Below, piece after piece: positions 49,868 to 58,125 of a stretch of DNA of 64,000 nucleotides. Positions within the stretch are counted from its first letter, which is position 1; each line of letters starts with the position of its first letter. Source of the DNA: a bacterium (GTDB taxonomy: Bacteria; Patescibacteriota; Minisyncoccia; Phycocordibacterales; UBA9973); NCBI GenBank assembly GCA_037130335.1, contig JBAXTD010000001.1, forward strand, positions 103,419 to 167,418, written 5' to 3'. Below the pieces are notes generated by a model that worked only from the letters and a program-made list of their open reading frames with translations, did not search any database and was not told the origin of the DNA. A program made the translations under genes and the position numbers.

Positions 49868-50641
49868 ATGAATTTCGAATTACCAAAATTACAACGCATG
49901 CCAGATGAGCCATCAGGCAGTGCTGATAATGAGACAATAAAAATAGGAAAACAGTATAATGAGTTTGCTGAAAATTTCGCTGATAAACATAAAAATTTAG
50001 ATGAAATTACGCAAGCTTCTTTTCAAAAAGCACTATTAGGAATAGTGTTTAAAGACAAAAAAGTTATTGATTTAGGGTGTGGAGATGGTTACGATTTATT
50101 GAAACTGCAAGAAAAAGGAGCGATTGTTTACGGTCTTGACGCTTCTGAAGAAATGATAAAACTTGCAAAGGCAAAGAACAGCCAGGGTAATTTTGAGAAT
50201 GGTTTTTTTGAAAATATTCCTTATGCCGATGCTTCTTTCGATGTTGTTATAAGTAAATATGCAATGCAAACAAGCAAGGATGTTCCTAAAATACTAGAGG
50301 AAGTTGGGCGAATTTTAAAACCTGGCGGAAAACTTGTGTATGTAGTAACTCATCCAGTCAGACAATTTATGGAGAAAAAGAAGGCGAACAAGGATTATTT
50401 TGAACAAGAGGTAGTAGATTCTGTTTTGTTTGACGGTGCAATTACTGTTCACGAGCCATCGCACACCCTCGCTGAATATCTTAATCCAGAATTTTTAAAA
50501 AATTTCGACTTAACTTTTTACGAAGAAAAATTTGATCCAAGTAATGCTGAAATGGTAGAAGGCTCAAGTTACCCAGCTTTTCTTTGTGTTGGAGCAAAAA
50601 GAAAAAATGCGAGTGAATCAACAATTTCTCAAACAGCTTAA
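49868..50641 (+). CDS. Class I SAM-dependent methyltransferase.
   Basis: VIDLGCGDGYD motif I, DASEEMI, LKPGGKLV. Confidence 0.6.
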   Translation: MNFELPKLQRMPDEPSGSADNETIKIGKQYNEFAENFADKHKNLDEITQASFQKALLGIVFKDKKVIDLGCGDGYDLLKLQEKGAIVYGLDASEEMIKLAKAKNSQGNFENGFFENIPYADASFDVVISKYAMQTSKDVPKILEEVGRILKPGGKLVYVVTHPVRQFMEKKKANKDYFEQEVVDSVLFDGAITVHEPSHTLAEYLNPEFLKNFDLTFYEEKFDPSNAEMVEGSSYPAFLCVGAKRKNASESTISQTA

Positions 50642-50756
50642 TACCAAGTTAGAACTATTGTTATTCAATAATTAACTCAACAAAACCCTCCCTAGACGGC
50701 ATTAAAAAAGACCATGATTGAAATCATGGTCTTAAGTATCTTCGTCTAGGTGCACC

Positions 50757-51548
50757 TTATGCTCTTACTTTTTCAAGCAGGTTCTCCGTTGTAAATGGCA
50801 GTTGTAGATAATGAGGATTATCATTTGCCATCCACCCCGCAGCGATCACTCGCTGTTCGGGTTTTTTCGCCACTAACAATTTCTCAAAAACATCTTTTAC
50901 ATCTTTGCTTTTTACTTGCCCGTTAATCTCGCCTATAAGCAAGGTGATATCAGGATTTTTTTCAGCAAATGTAAGGGGGGCGTTTTCAGTACTCTCATTA
51001 GGGACAAAAATTACATTGAAGTCTGCCTTTAAGCTCTCTTCCAGTCTTTTTTTGTAGTCGTCATTGACTCCAATTAACATGAAAGATTTCTTAGTAGAAG
51101 CTTTCGGCTGCTCGCCAAGTTCGGCGTTCTCGATGGACATAAACCCTTCCGCTGCTGCCAGCCAGTTTTTGTTTCCCTGGTTGAAGCCGCTTACGAATGA
51201 GTTTTTGCCAAGGAGGCTGTCCATCGCCCAAGCTATGGGGCTCGCGTGATGACTGATGTCAGTCAATATGGCTACATGGGGAACGCCCGTGTTTTTTGCC
51301 AATATTGAAAGTATCAGACCGTACGGAGTGTCCTTACCGATTTCGGCTGTAGGGCCGACGCCTTCCTTCTCTCCCGGCATCATCAGATCCGTCAGCAGGA
51401 TGTCGAACTTCCTGGTTTTTAACAAGCCCACCGCCATGGAGTACATGGGGCAGCAAGTCAGGATGACATTTTTGCCGTTGAATTGTTTTTCTGCCGCATC
51501 AAGGTTTGCGCGCGTGTCGTCTACTACTAAGATTGCTATCTTTTTCAT
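50757..51548 (-). CDS. Orphan response-regulator receiver (REC) domain protein with an uncharacterised C-terminal half.
   Basis: ILVVDD (acid pocket) and DILLTDLMMPG (phospho-Asp) motifs. The C-terminal ~140 aa is unknown, possibly a second degenerate flavodoxin-like fold. Confidence 0.55.
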   Translation of the reverse strand: MKKIAILVVDDTRANLDAAEKQFNGKNVILTCCPMYSMAVGLLKTRKFDILLTDLMMPGEKEGVGPTAEIGKDTPYGLILSILAKNTGVPHVAILTDISHHASPIAWAMDSLLGKNSFVSGFNQGNKNWLAAAEGFMSIENAELGEQPKASTKKSFMLIGVNDDYKKRLEESLKADFNVIFVPNESTENAPLTFAEKNPDITLLIGEINGQVKSKDVKDVFEKLLVAKKPEQRVIAAGWMANDNPHYLQLPFTTENLLEKVRA

Positions 51549-51793
51549 ATTTGTTGATTTTAAGTTTGAAATTATTGGTTTATTTCAACCTCTCTGTCGG
51601 GAGGGGCTCAAATAAACCAATAAAGCTTAAAATCAAAGGTTATTAAGGATTTCTTAAATCTTGATTATATCATAGCATGTTTATATATAAAAGTCAAGGC
51701 TAATTCAGCCTCGGCTTGGCCAATTGTTGACTTTCTATAAATATATGTTATCCTATAAAAAAATCACTCTTTCAACTTTTAAATAGCACTTTT

Positions 51794-52111
51794 ATGAAGA
51801 AAATAATGGTTTTCGGTATTTTCGTTTGCTGCATCGCGGCCAGTTGTTCTAAGCGCCCCCAAGTTGTTAAAGTCCTGCCTGGCAAGCTCGTTCGAGTGAT
51901 CGGCAACGATGTATTCTGCCAGTTAAAGCTCGAAGTCGATACTTCACTGAAAGGAGGATTCGGCATTGTTGCCACCTCCTACAACGTATTCGATCACGAC
52001 GCCGAGAAAGGTGACAGTATGCGGGTGGCTCTGTATTCTGACGGGTCCGTCGAAGCTCATACGTACCGCATGCGTACGGACATCATGATCAGGGAGGATC
52101 GCGGGGACTGA
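51794..52111 (+). CDS. Small secreted protein or lipoprotein.
   Basis: Signal peptide MKKIMVFGIFVCCIAASCS. Confidence 0.4.
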   Translation: MKKIMVFGIFVCCIAASCSKRPQVVKVLPGKLVRVIGNDVFCQLKLEVDTSLKGGFGIVATSYNVFDHDAEKGDSMRVALYSDGSVEAHTYRMRTDIMIREDRGD

Positions 52112-52255
52112 TGCCAAAAGGAAAACGGGTGCGCCTATTCGTAAAAGTGCCCACAAATTAAGCCCTTGGAAAAACCAAGGCACTGTCGCAAGGTAATTGC
52201 TTTGCCTGATGAGTCCATGAGGACGAAACAGCTGTTCTTTACATAAAAAATCTAT

Positions 52256-53053
52256 ATGCTCAATTTCAAGGAGTTCCAAGCCAAAGCTCGGGAACTATTC
52301 GGCAAACTGAACTGCGATCCGGCCGGTGACGACCCCATCACATTTCTGCACTCCCTTCCCTGGGAGATACCGAACGGTCCTGCTTTTTCCGAAGAGGAAG
52401 TGGCACGAATGAATATCGACTTCGACGTGCGCGGCTGTTTCGGCCGGGCACTCAAAGCCGCAGTGTTGGTTGAGAAGTATTTTCCGAACGAAACTTTTTA
52501 CAACGGCGAGGTGCTCGAAGACTTGCTTCGCTCCATGCTAATGAAAAAAGTGACACCGGAAAAATGGCATGACGATACCTACGTCGCTGAGATTCTCCAG
52601 TATGAGAATCCGCACGTGGCGATCGTCTGGAACGATTCGCAGTTTGATCCAATCTTCAGTCTTCTGACTGACAGGCCGGAAACGCTCAAGCATCCGTCAA
52701 TATTGAAACATAGCCAATGGGAAGGATTGTACTGCTACTATCTCGTAAGCAGTGGCATGCTCTTGTTCAGACAAAAGCAAAATCCAAACCTATACTTGCA
52801 AGCTCTCAAGCAAGCCGAGGCGATCTGCCCGCACATGCTTCTCGTCAAAGAAAATCTGGTGAGCGCACTCTGCGCCCTGAACAGATTCGACGAGTCGGTC
52901 GCGATTGCGAAATCGCTGGTCGGAAAGCGCAAGGACGCGAAAATGCTATGGTTCCTATTGCAGATGACCGGAGACCCGGCGTACAAAGATCGGCTCGTAC
53001 GCGAGTATGACATCCAAATGCTTCACTTCTTAAACAAAGCGTTCATACCATGA
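52256..53053 (+). CDS. Hypothetical protein (265 aa, high GC).
   Basis: Helical, TPR-like C-terminus. Translationally coupled (ATGA) to the next ORF. Confidence 0.45.
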   Translation: MLNFKEFQAKARELFGKLNCDPAGDDPITFLHSLPWEIPNGPAFSEEEVARMNIDFDVRGCFGRALKAAVLVEKYFPNETFYNGEVLEDLLRSMLMKKVTPEKWHDDTYVAEILQYENPHVAIVWNDSQFDPIFSLLTDRPETLKHPSILKHSQWEGLYCYYLVSSGMLLFRQKQNPNLYLQALKQAEAICPHMLLVKENLVSALCALNRFDESVAIAKSLVGKRKDAKMLWFLLQMTGDPAYKDRLVREYDIQMLHFLNKAFIP

Positions 53054-53235
53054 CACCATCGGACTTGTCACCCGCTATGCGTAAGGCCTACGAGGCCCTT
53101 CCGGAAAACGAAAGAGAAGCGTTCCTTGAAGAGTATGCACACTGGTACGGCGAAACCGTGCGAGGAAACATATCTCGCATAATGGCACGCAATTTTTCGC
53201 ACAATGTTGGGAAACATGTGACGGAAGCGCAGTAA
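53050..53235 (+). CDS. Hypothetical small protein (61 aa).
   Basis: Its start overlaps the previous stop. Confidence 0.35.
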   Translation: MTPSDLSPAMRKAYEALPENEREAFLEEYAHWYGETVRGNISRIMARNFSHNVGKHVTEAQ

Positions 53236-53349
53236 AGAAATTGAAATTCCCAAAGGATAACGGACGAGCCTATATGTAAAATCGTCCACATTTTAGAGCC
53301 CATGAGGAAACTCGTGGTCTCTGAATGAAATTGTACTTTCACAAAATTT

Positions 53350-53395
53350 TTATTGATGACCAGAGAAGGTCACCACCTTTTGTGGTCATCAATAA
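53350..53395. promoter_or_regulatory. Perfect 12-bp inverted repeat (ttattgatgacc N22 ggtcatcaataa), operator-like.
   Basis: Read directly from the sequence. Sits at or over the 5' end of the 53407 gene. Confidence 0.4.
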
Positions 53396-53406
53396 AATCT
53401 CAAATA

Positions 53407-53979
53407 ATGGAAATTATATATAAGAGTAATTCGACTATGGACTTTGCCACTCGCGTAAAGGAAACCATAACATATCTGGACACGGCGATTTTCGAAAAGC
53501 CCGCACGAGTGTCAATAAATACTGACGTGCGTTACGCGAATTTCGGCACTGGTGGATTCATGTCAAAAAGATTGCTATTCAGATTGCTTGGATTATCTGA
53601 TGACTATGTCATCTTTGAAAGAAGCAAGAAAATGGAAATTATAATGAAGATGGACTTCATGGCCACCTGCCTCGCCGCGCACGAAGTTCGGCATCGGTTC
53701 CAACATTACAACAAGAAGACGCTCATCACTTTTGATTTTCTACAGAAGAATAAGATTCTTACTGAACCGGCACTCGCGCACATTCAGAAAGGAAACTATG
53801 ATCTGTACGGAAAAGACAAAGAGATGTATGGGCGCGAGTTTGATGCCTCGGCGATCGAGACGATAATCTCCGGTTGCTCCAAGGCTAAGAATTTCACGAT
53901 GAACGACGTGATTGATTTGATAAAGTGCAATGAAAGCACAATTAGTCAGATTGTCTCTGGAATTGCTAAGCGAAGGTAA
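53407..53979 (+). CDS. Hypothetical protein.
   Basis: ORF from 53353. The internal ATG at 53407 was preferred because the palindrome covers 53350-53395. Confidence 0.4.
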   Translation: MEIIYKSNSTMDFATRVKETITYLDTAIFEKPARVSINTDVRYANFGTGGFMSKRLLFRLLGLSDDYVIFERSKKMEIIMKMDFMATCLAAHEVRHRFQHYNKKTLITFDFLQKNKILTEPALAHIQKGNYDLYGKDKEMYGREFDASAIETIISGCSKAKNFTMNDVIDLIKCNESTISQIVSGIAKRR

Positions 53980-54029
53980 GTTGTTCTCAGTCAAGAAAAT
54001 CCCAAAGCCAACCATTTCGGTTGGCTTTT

Positions 54030-54272
54030 TTACTTTTCTATTTTGGTAAAGCGAAACGCGATAAATGAGAGGTAGAAAAGAACGAGCATTTCGATCCATG
54101 TCATCCAGAGCGGATAGGTCATGCCGCCGAGGCTGATTTCAAATCCGGTCATGATACGGAGCAGGTGAATAAATCCGCCGAAGAAAAAGAGGACTGTGGA
54201 AATATAGAAAAATATTTTCTTGTTCATGGATACAAGAATAGCATATCTAAAAAACGCCATATGTGTGTACAC
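54030..54272 (-). CDS. Small membrane protein (80 aa, 2 TM).
   Basis: Hydrophobic helices. Confidence 0.3.
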   Translation of the reverse strand: MYTHMAFFRYAILVSMNKKIFFYISTVLFFFGGFIHLLRIMTGFEISLGGMTYPLWMTWIEMLVLFYLSFIAFRFTKIEK

Positions 54273-54286
54273 ATTACCACGGTCTA

Positions 54287-55215
54287 CGTATTGTAACCAA
54301 TAGCTTCACACCACCTGCATTGGAGTTAAGTAATTAATCCCTCCATGAACTCGTTTGTTGTTGTAATATTTTAAATACTTTTTAAGTGCACAATTAATTT
54401 CCGAAACATCATTTGAAATTTTGTCTAAACATTCTTCTTGTACTGTTCGATTGAATCTTTCAACATGTGCATTGTCATTCGGTTTTCCGATTCGGGTATA
54501 CCGATGATTTTTCTGTATTTGAGTTACAAACCATTTCCCAAACTCCGGTCCGTGATCCGATTGTAGCATTTTGAATTTGAATGAAGAATGTCGTTGCGCT
54601 TCATTCACAAACCGTATTGTGGTTTGTGAATTCATTTTTGCATATGCTTTTGCATATACCCAACGTGAATATGTATCAATGATGACAAAAACATACAGAC
54701 GTTTCTTCTCCGATATCATCCGATGGATTGTATCAATCTCTAGTAAATCGCCTGATTTCAAGGCGTATGGGCGGTCTACATGCGGATGATATCGTTTCCA
54801 AGGACTTCGTTTCTTCGTTAAATATTTTCGATCGAGTGTTCTTTTTACAGACGAAAGAGAAACTGTTACTCCATCATTTTCTAACTCTTTGTGAACTGCT
54901 TCTGCATATCGATTGTGTTCCAATCTTTTCTTTACGATTTTTCTGACGATATTTTCTGGTAGGGCATTCGGATGTGATTTTGGTTTTGAACTTTTTGTTA
55001 GTATTGGGTGGTCTCCAATGATTCTTGATTTTCGTACCCATTCGGTAATCGCTGTATGATGGAAACCCAGATATCTTCCGACCTTTCTTGCACTCCAACC
55101 TTTATGGACGAGACGCGCTGCGTCTCGTCTGATTCGTGGCATGTTTTTGTTTGATGTGTATGGCATGCTTGATATGGTAATCCAGCGGGTGGTGCCAAGC
55201 TATTGAACCTATACG
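54287..55215 (-). mobile_element. IS481-like insertion sequence (929 bp) with ~38-bp imperfect terminal inverted repeats and a 6-bp target-site duplication GGTCTA.
   Basis: Left end cgtattgtaaccaatagcttcacaccacctgcattgg versus the reverse-complemented right end cgtataggttcaatagcttggcaccacccgctggatt. GGTCTA at 54281-54286 and 55216-55221. Confidence 0.7.
54306..55166 (-). CDS. DDE transposase (HTH plus rve integrase core), IS481/IS3-superfamily type.
   Basis: N-terminal HTH. DDE triad at IDTIH, QSDHGPEF and ERFNRTVQEE. C-terminus is YYNNKRVHGGINYLTPMQV. Confidence 0.8.
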   Translation of the reverse strand: MPYTSNKNMPRIRRDAARLVHKGWSARKVGRYLGFHHTAITEWVRKSRIIGDHPILTKSSKPKSHPNALPENIVRKIVKKRLEHNRYAEAVHKELENDGVTVSLSSVKRTLDRKYLTKKRSPWKRYHPHVDRPYALKSGDLLEIDTIHRMISEKKRLYVFVIIDTYSRWVYAKAYAKMNSQTTIRFVNEAQRHSSFKFKMLQSDHGPEFGKWFVTQIQKNHRYTRIGKPNDNAHVERFNRTVQEECLDKISNDVSEINCALKKYLKYYNNKRVHGGINYLTPMQVV

Positions 55216-55290
55216 GGTCTATTGACATTCTATACATTATATGATAATATACCAGCGATAAATGTTCACTCACAATTAAATATATAACTC

Positions 55291-56037
55291 ATGAAATCAA
55301 TTCTTTTTTGCACCGCTATTTTGATTGTTACTCTTTCTGCTTGTCAGAATGCAAAAGACCCATATGCAGCGACTGTCGATTTTTCAAAACCCGCTGCATC
55401 GAATGCCGATTTTATATTTTCCACCTGCCAGGGTAAGACCCTTCTTGTGGCAGACGCCGCAAGCGCACAAAAAGTTAGTGATAACCTGAAAGCGAAAACC
55501 GGCGGAATATTGTCGGACATGGGAATTGGGAATGCATTTGCGCTTACTTTGCAGGGAAAAACATATTTATGTACTGCAAGGCACGGCGCGGTTGGATTGG
55601 AAAAATATACCAGAACCATCGGGGCGGATATTGCGTTGATAGATTATAACGCCATACCGAACCATGATCTTGGTACAGGATTTCAACTGACCAGCTCGTA
55701 CGAAATGGATACGACCATCCGCACAGGAGACTCGATATTCATTAAGGGATACCTCTTTACCAAAGAGGGAGAGCTGCAAACCGTAACCATCGGCGGCAAA
55801 GGAAAAATAATAGACAAGACTGAGTACGGGAAAAATGTAAGTTTTGGTACTAACGCGCAATACATGCAGCAGCATGAGCTCGTTATCAAGCTTGGTGAGA
55901 ATGTTGAATTGGCAGGTCTTTCTGGCTCTCCGGCATTCAATGCACAAGGGAAGGTGATCGGTGTTTACTCTGGGAGAACCATAGACCAGGACCATGGCAC
56001 TGATACCTACTACATCCGAGTCTCGCTATTTAACTGA
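55291..56037 (+). CDS. Lipoprotein, trypsin-like (S1) serine peptidase fold.
   Basis: Lipobox LSAC. His region CTARHGAV and Ser motif GLSGSPAF. Confidence 0.45.
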   Translation: MKSILFCTAILIVTLSACQNAKDPYAATVDFSKPAASNADFIFSTCQGKTLLVADAASAQKVSDNLKAKTGGILSDMGIGNAFALTLQGKTYLCTARHGAVGLEKYTRTIGADIALIDYNAIPNHDLGTGFQLTSSYEMDTTIRTGDSIFIKGYLFTKEGELQTVTIGGKGKIIDKTEYGKNVSFGTNAQYMQQHELVIKLGENVELAGLSGSPAFNAQGKVIGVYSGRTIDQDHGTDTYYIRVSLFN

Positions 56038-56048
56038 TCTGCATCGGG

Positions 56049-56075
56049 CGACACAATTAAGACCATACTTCTGTA
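56049..56075 (+). terminator. Rho-independent terminator.
   Basis: aagaccatacttctgtatggtctttt. Confidence 0.6.
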
Positions 56076-56232
56076 TGGTCTTTTCTTATAGAGTTTTCTT
56101 AACTGCACGCCGACACCCGAATATTTTTTGTGTGCTAGAATAGGGAACATGACCACCGAAAAACAGACTATTTTAGCTTTCCCATTAGTACAACATGTCA
56201 AGAATTGTCACGGGAAATAAAAACTTTTTTTT

Positions 56233-56553
56233 ATGGAATCAAATAATGTAAAACTAGTTATATTTGTTCCACTTTCCCATGCCGACATTGTACGTGAAGT
56301 CTTGGGGAAAACGGGCGCTGGAAAAATTGGCAATTATGAATTCTGCTCATTCTCTACTCGAGGAATAGGGCGTTTTCGTGGAAACAAAAATTCGAATCCA
56401 TCAATCGGACAAGCTGGAAATTTTGAATCAGTCGAAGAAGAACGAATTGAAGTTATTGTTCCAAGAAAAATTTTAAATGATGTGATTGAAAAAATAAAAG
56501 CAGTGCATCCATACGAGGAAGTTGCGTATGATGTATATTCACTCGAGAATTAA
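56233..56553 (+). CDS. NIF3/YqfO C-terminal-like small protein.
   Basis: Ends ...AVHPYEEVAYDVYSLEN, resembling the NIF3-family C-terminus. Confidence 0.35.
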   Translation: MESNNVKLVIFVPLSHADIVREVLGKTGAGKIGNYEFCSFSTRGIGRFRGNKNSNPSIGQAGNFESVEEERIEVIVPRKILNDVIEKIKAVHPYEEVAYDVYSLEN

Positions 56554-56556
56554 TAT

Positions 56557-57084
56557 ATGAAAAAATTTCTTTGTAATCAAAATGAAATTTTCTGGCTCCC
56601 AAAGGAATTCAAAGCCGATGTTGAAACCTATCTTTCAGATGAATTGCCTCCGCTTGAATTGTGTCCATCGTCATATGCGCTCGTATTCAAAGACAGAGCG
56701 CTTCTCCAGACTGATTTACGAGAAGGAGAACGACCAGCAAGAACTTTAGATATCCCCGGTGGGCATATTGATGAAGGAGAAACACCCGAGCAGGCTGTTA
56801 TTCGAGAAATATTTGAGGAAACTGGTGTTCGTGTTCAGTCTCTCAAGCTCGTTGCCTATAAAAAAATAACAATACATACTCCAAAACCTGAAGGGTATAA
56901 ATATCCATACCCAGTAAGTTATATGATATATTATATTGCAGAATTTTCCGAAGAAATTCCCTTTGAAGGTAATGCTGAAGTCCACGGTCGCGTATGGCTT
57001 GAATTAGATAAATATCAAAAATCTCCATGGTATATGAGTGAAAAAATTATGGTTGATGAGATTATTAAAGAATATTTAAAATAA
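56557..57084 (+). CDS. NUDIX hydrolase.
   Basis: Nudix box GGHIDEGETPEQAVIREIFEETGV. Confidence 0.7.
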   Translation: MKKFLCNQNEIFWLPKEFKADVETYLSDELPPLELCPSSYALVFKDRALLQTDLREGERPARTLDIPGGHIDEGETPEQAVIREIFEETGVRVQSLKLVAYKKITIHTPKPEGYKYPYPVSYMIYYIAEFSEEIPFEGNAEVHGRVWLELDKYQKSPWYMSEKIMVDEIIKEYLK

Positions 57085-57087
57085 TTC

Positions 57088-57585
57088 ATGCAAAGAATTT
57101 CAATTGTTGGAATATCAGGTTCGGGTAAATCGACACTCGCAAACAATCTTGGTAAAAAATTAAATTTACCAGTTTTTCATCTCGACAAATATTTTTGGAA
57201 TGCTGACTGGACGGAACGTTATACAACAAAAGATGAATTTAATATTGTTGCAAAAAGTTTTGCAGAAAAAGATTCCTGGATTATAGATGGAAATTATCGG
57301 GGTACGATTGATTTTCGTTTTGAGAGAGCTGATACAATCATCTTTCTCGATTTTCCAAAATGGAGATGTTTACTGAGAGCTTTTCTCAGGTCTTTCAGTA
57401 AGGAAAAACCATTTGATAAACCAGAAGGTGCAAAAGAAAAAATTGATTGGTTTTTGGTTAGATGGATATTAAAATACAAGAGTGTGGAGATGCGAAATAA
57501 AGTTTTGAATTACAAAGATACAAAGAATGTATATATCGTTCGAAATAATCGAGAAATTAATAAAATATTATCTGATTTAATATAA
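57088..57585 (+). CDS. P-loop NTPase (adenylate-kinase-like / topology-modulation FlaR-type).
   Basis: Walker A GISGSGKST at the N-terminus. 165 aa. Confidence 0.55.
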   Translation: MQRISIVGISGSGKSTLANNLGKKLNLPVFHLDKYFWNADWTERYTTKDEFNIVAKSFAEKDSWIIDGNYRGTIDFRFERADTIIFLDFPKWRCLLRAFLRSFSKEKPFDKPEGAKEKIDWFLVRWILKYKSVEMRNKVLNYKDTKNVYIVRNNREINKILSDLI

Positions 57586-57588
57586 TTT

Positions 57589-58086
57589 ATGCAAACAATC
57601 CGGGAAAATTACAAAGGTTATGGTGGGGTTGAATATATTTTTGAATATACCGATGCGGATTCGTTTGATCACCTCGAGTATTCACATGTGCGACAGGCGT
57701 ACGGAGTGTGTTTTTGTGATGACAAAATCGTAATTGGTTTTGGTGGCAACAAACATGCCTGGGGATTGATCGGCGGTACGGTGGAAGCAGGCGAAACATA
57801 TGAGAAGACACTCATCCGAGAAATCCAAGAAGAATCCAACATGGAAGTTTTGAAATGTGTCCCGATCGGATATCAAAAAGCAACCGATACTCGTGATGGC
57901 AGTTTTATTTATCAACTCAGGTACGCATGCATCGCGCGTCCGTATGGGCCATTTGTTTCTGATCCTGCACGAGGCGTAACAGAAATAAAATTAATTGATC
58001 CAAAAGACTATAAAAATTATTTTGATTGGGGAAAGATCGGTGAGAGAATTATTGAGCGAGCATTAGAATTAAAAAATACATTATAA
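57589..58086 (+). CDS. NUDIX hydrolase.
   Basis: Nudix box GGTVEAGETYEKTLIREIQEESN. Confidence 0.7.
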   Translation: MQTIRENYKGYGGVEYIFEYTDADSFDHLEYSHVRQAYGVCFCDDKIVIGFGGNKHAWGLIGGTVEAGETYEKTLIREIQEESNMEVLKCVPIGYQKATDTRDGSFIYQLRYACIARPYGPFVSDPARGVTEIKLIDPKDYKNYFDWGKIGERIIERALELKNTL

Positions 58087-58125
58087 AATTCCCATACGTG
58101 TTTTTTTGCGGTAAAATACAATCTC

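Larger units (their letters stand above)
42308..56220. mobile_element. Integrated genomic island (~13.9 kb, higher GC) inserted at the secA 3' end.
   Basis: Abrupt GC rise after 42337. Imperfect direct repeats at 42308-42337 and 56197-56220. Carries a serine recombinase, tyrosine integrase, Xis-like protein, AbiE pair and an IS481-like element. Low-GC host-like genes resume at 56233. Confidence 0.65.
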
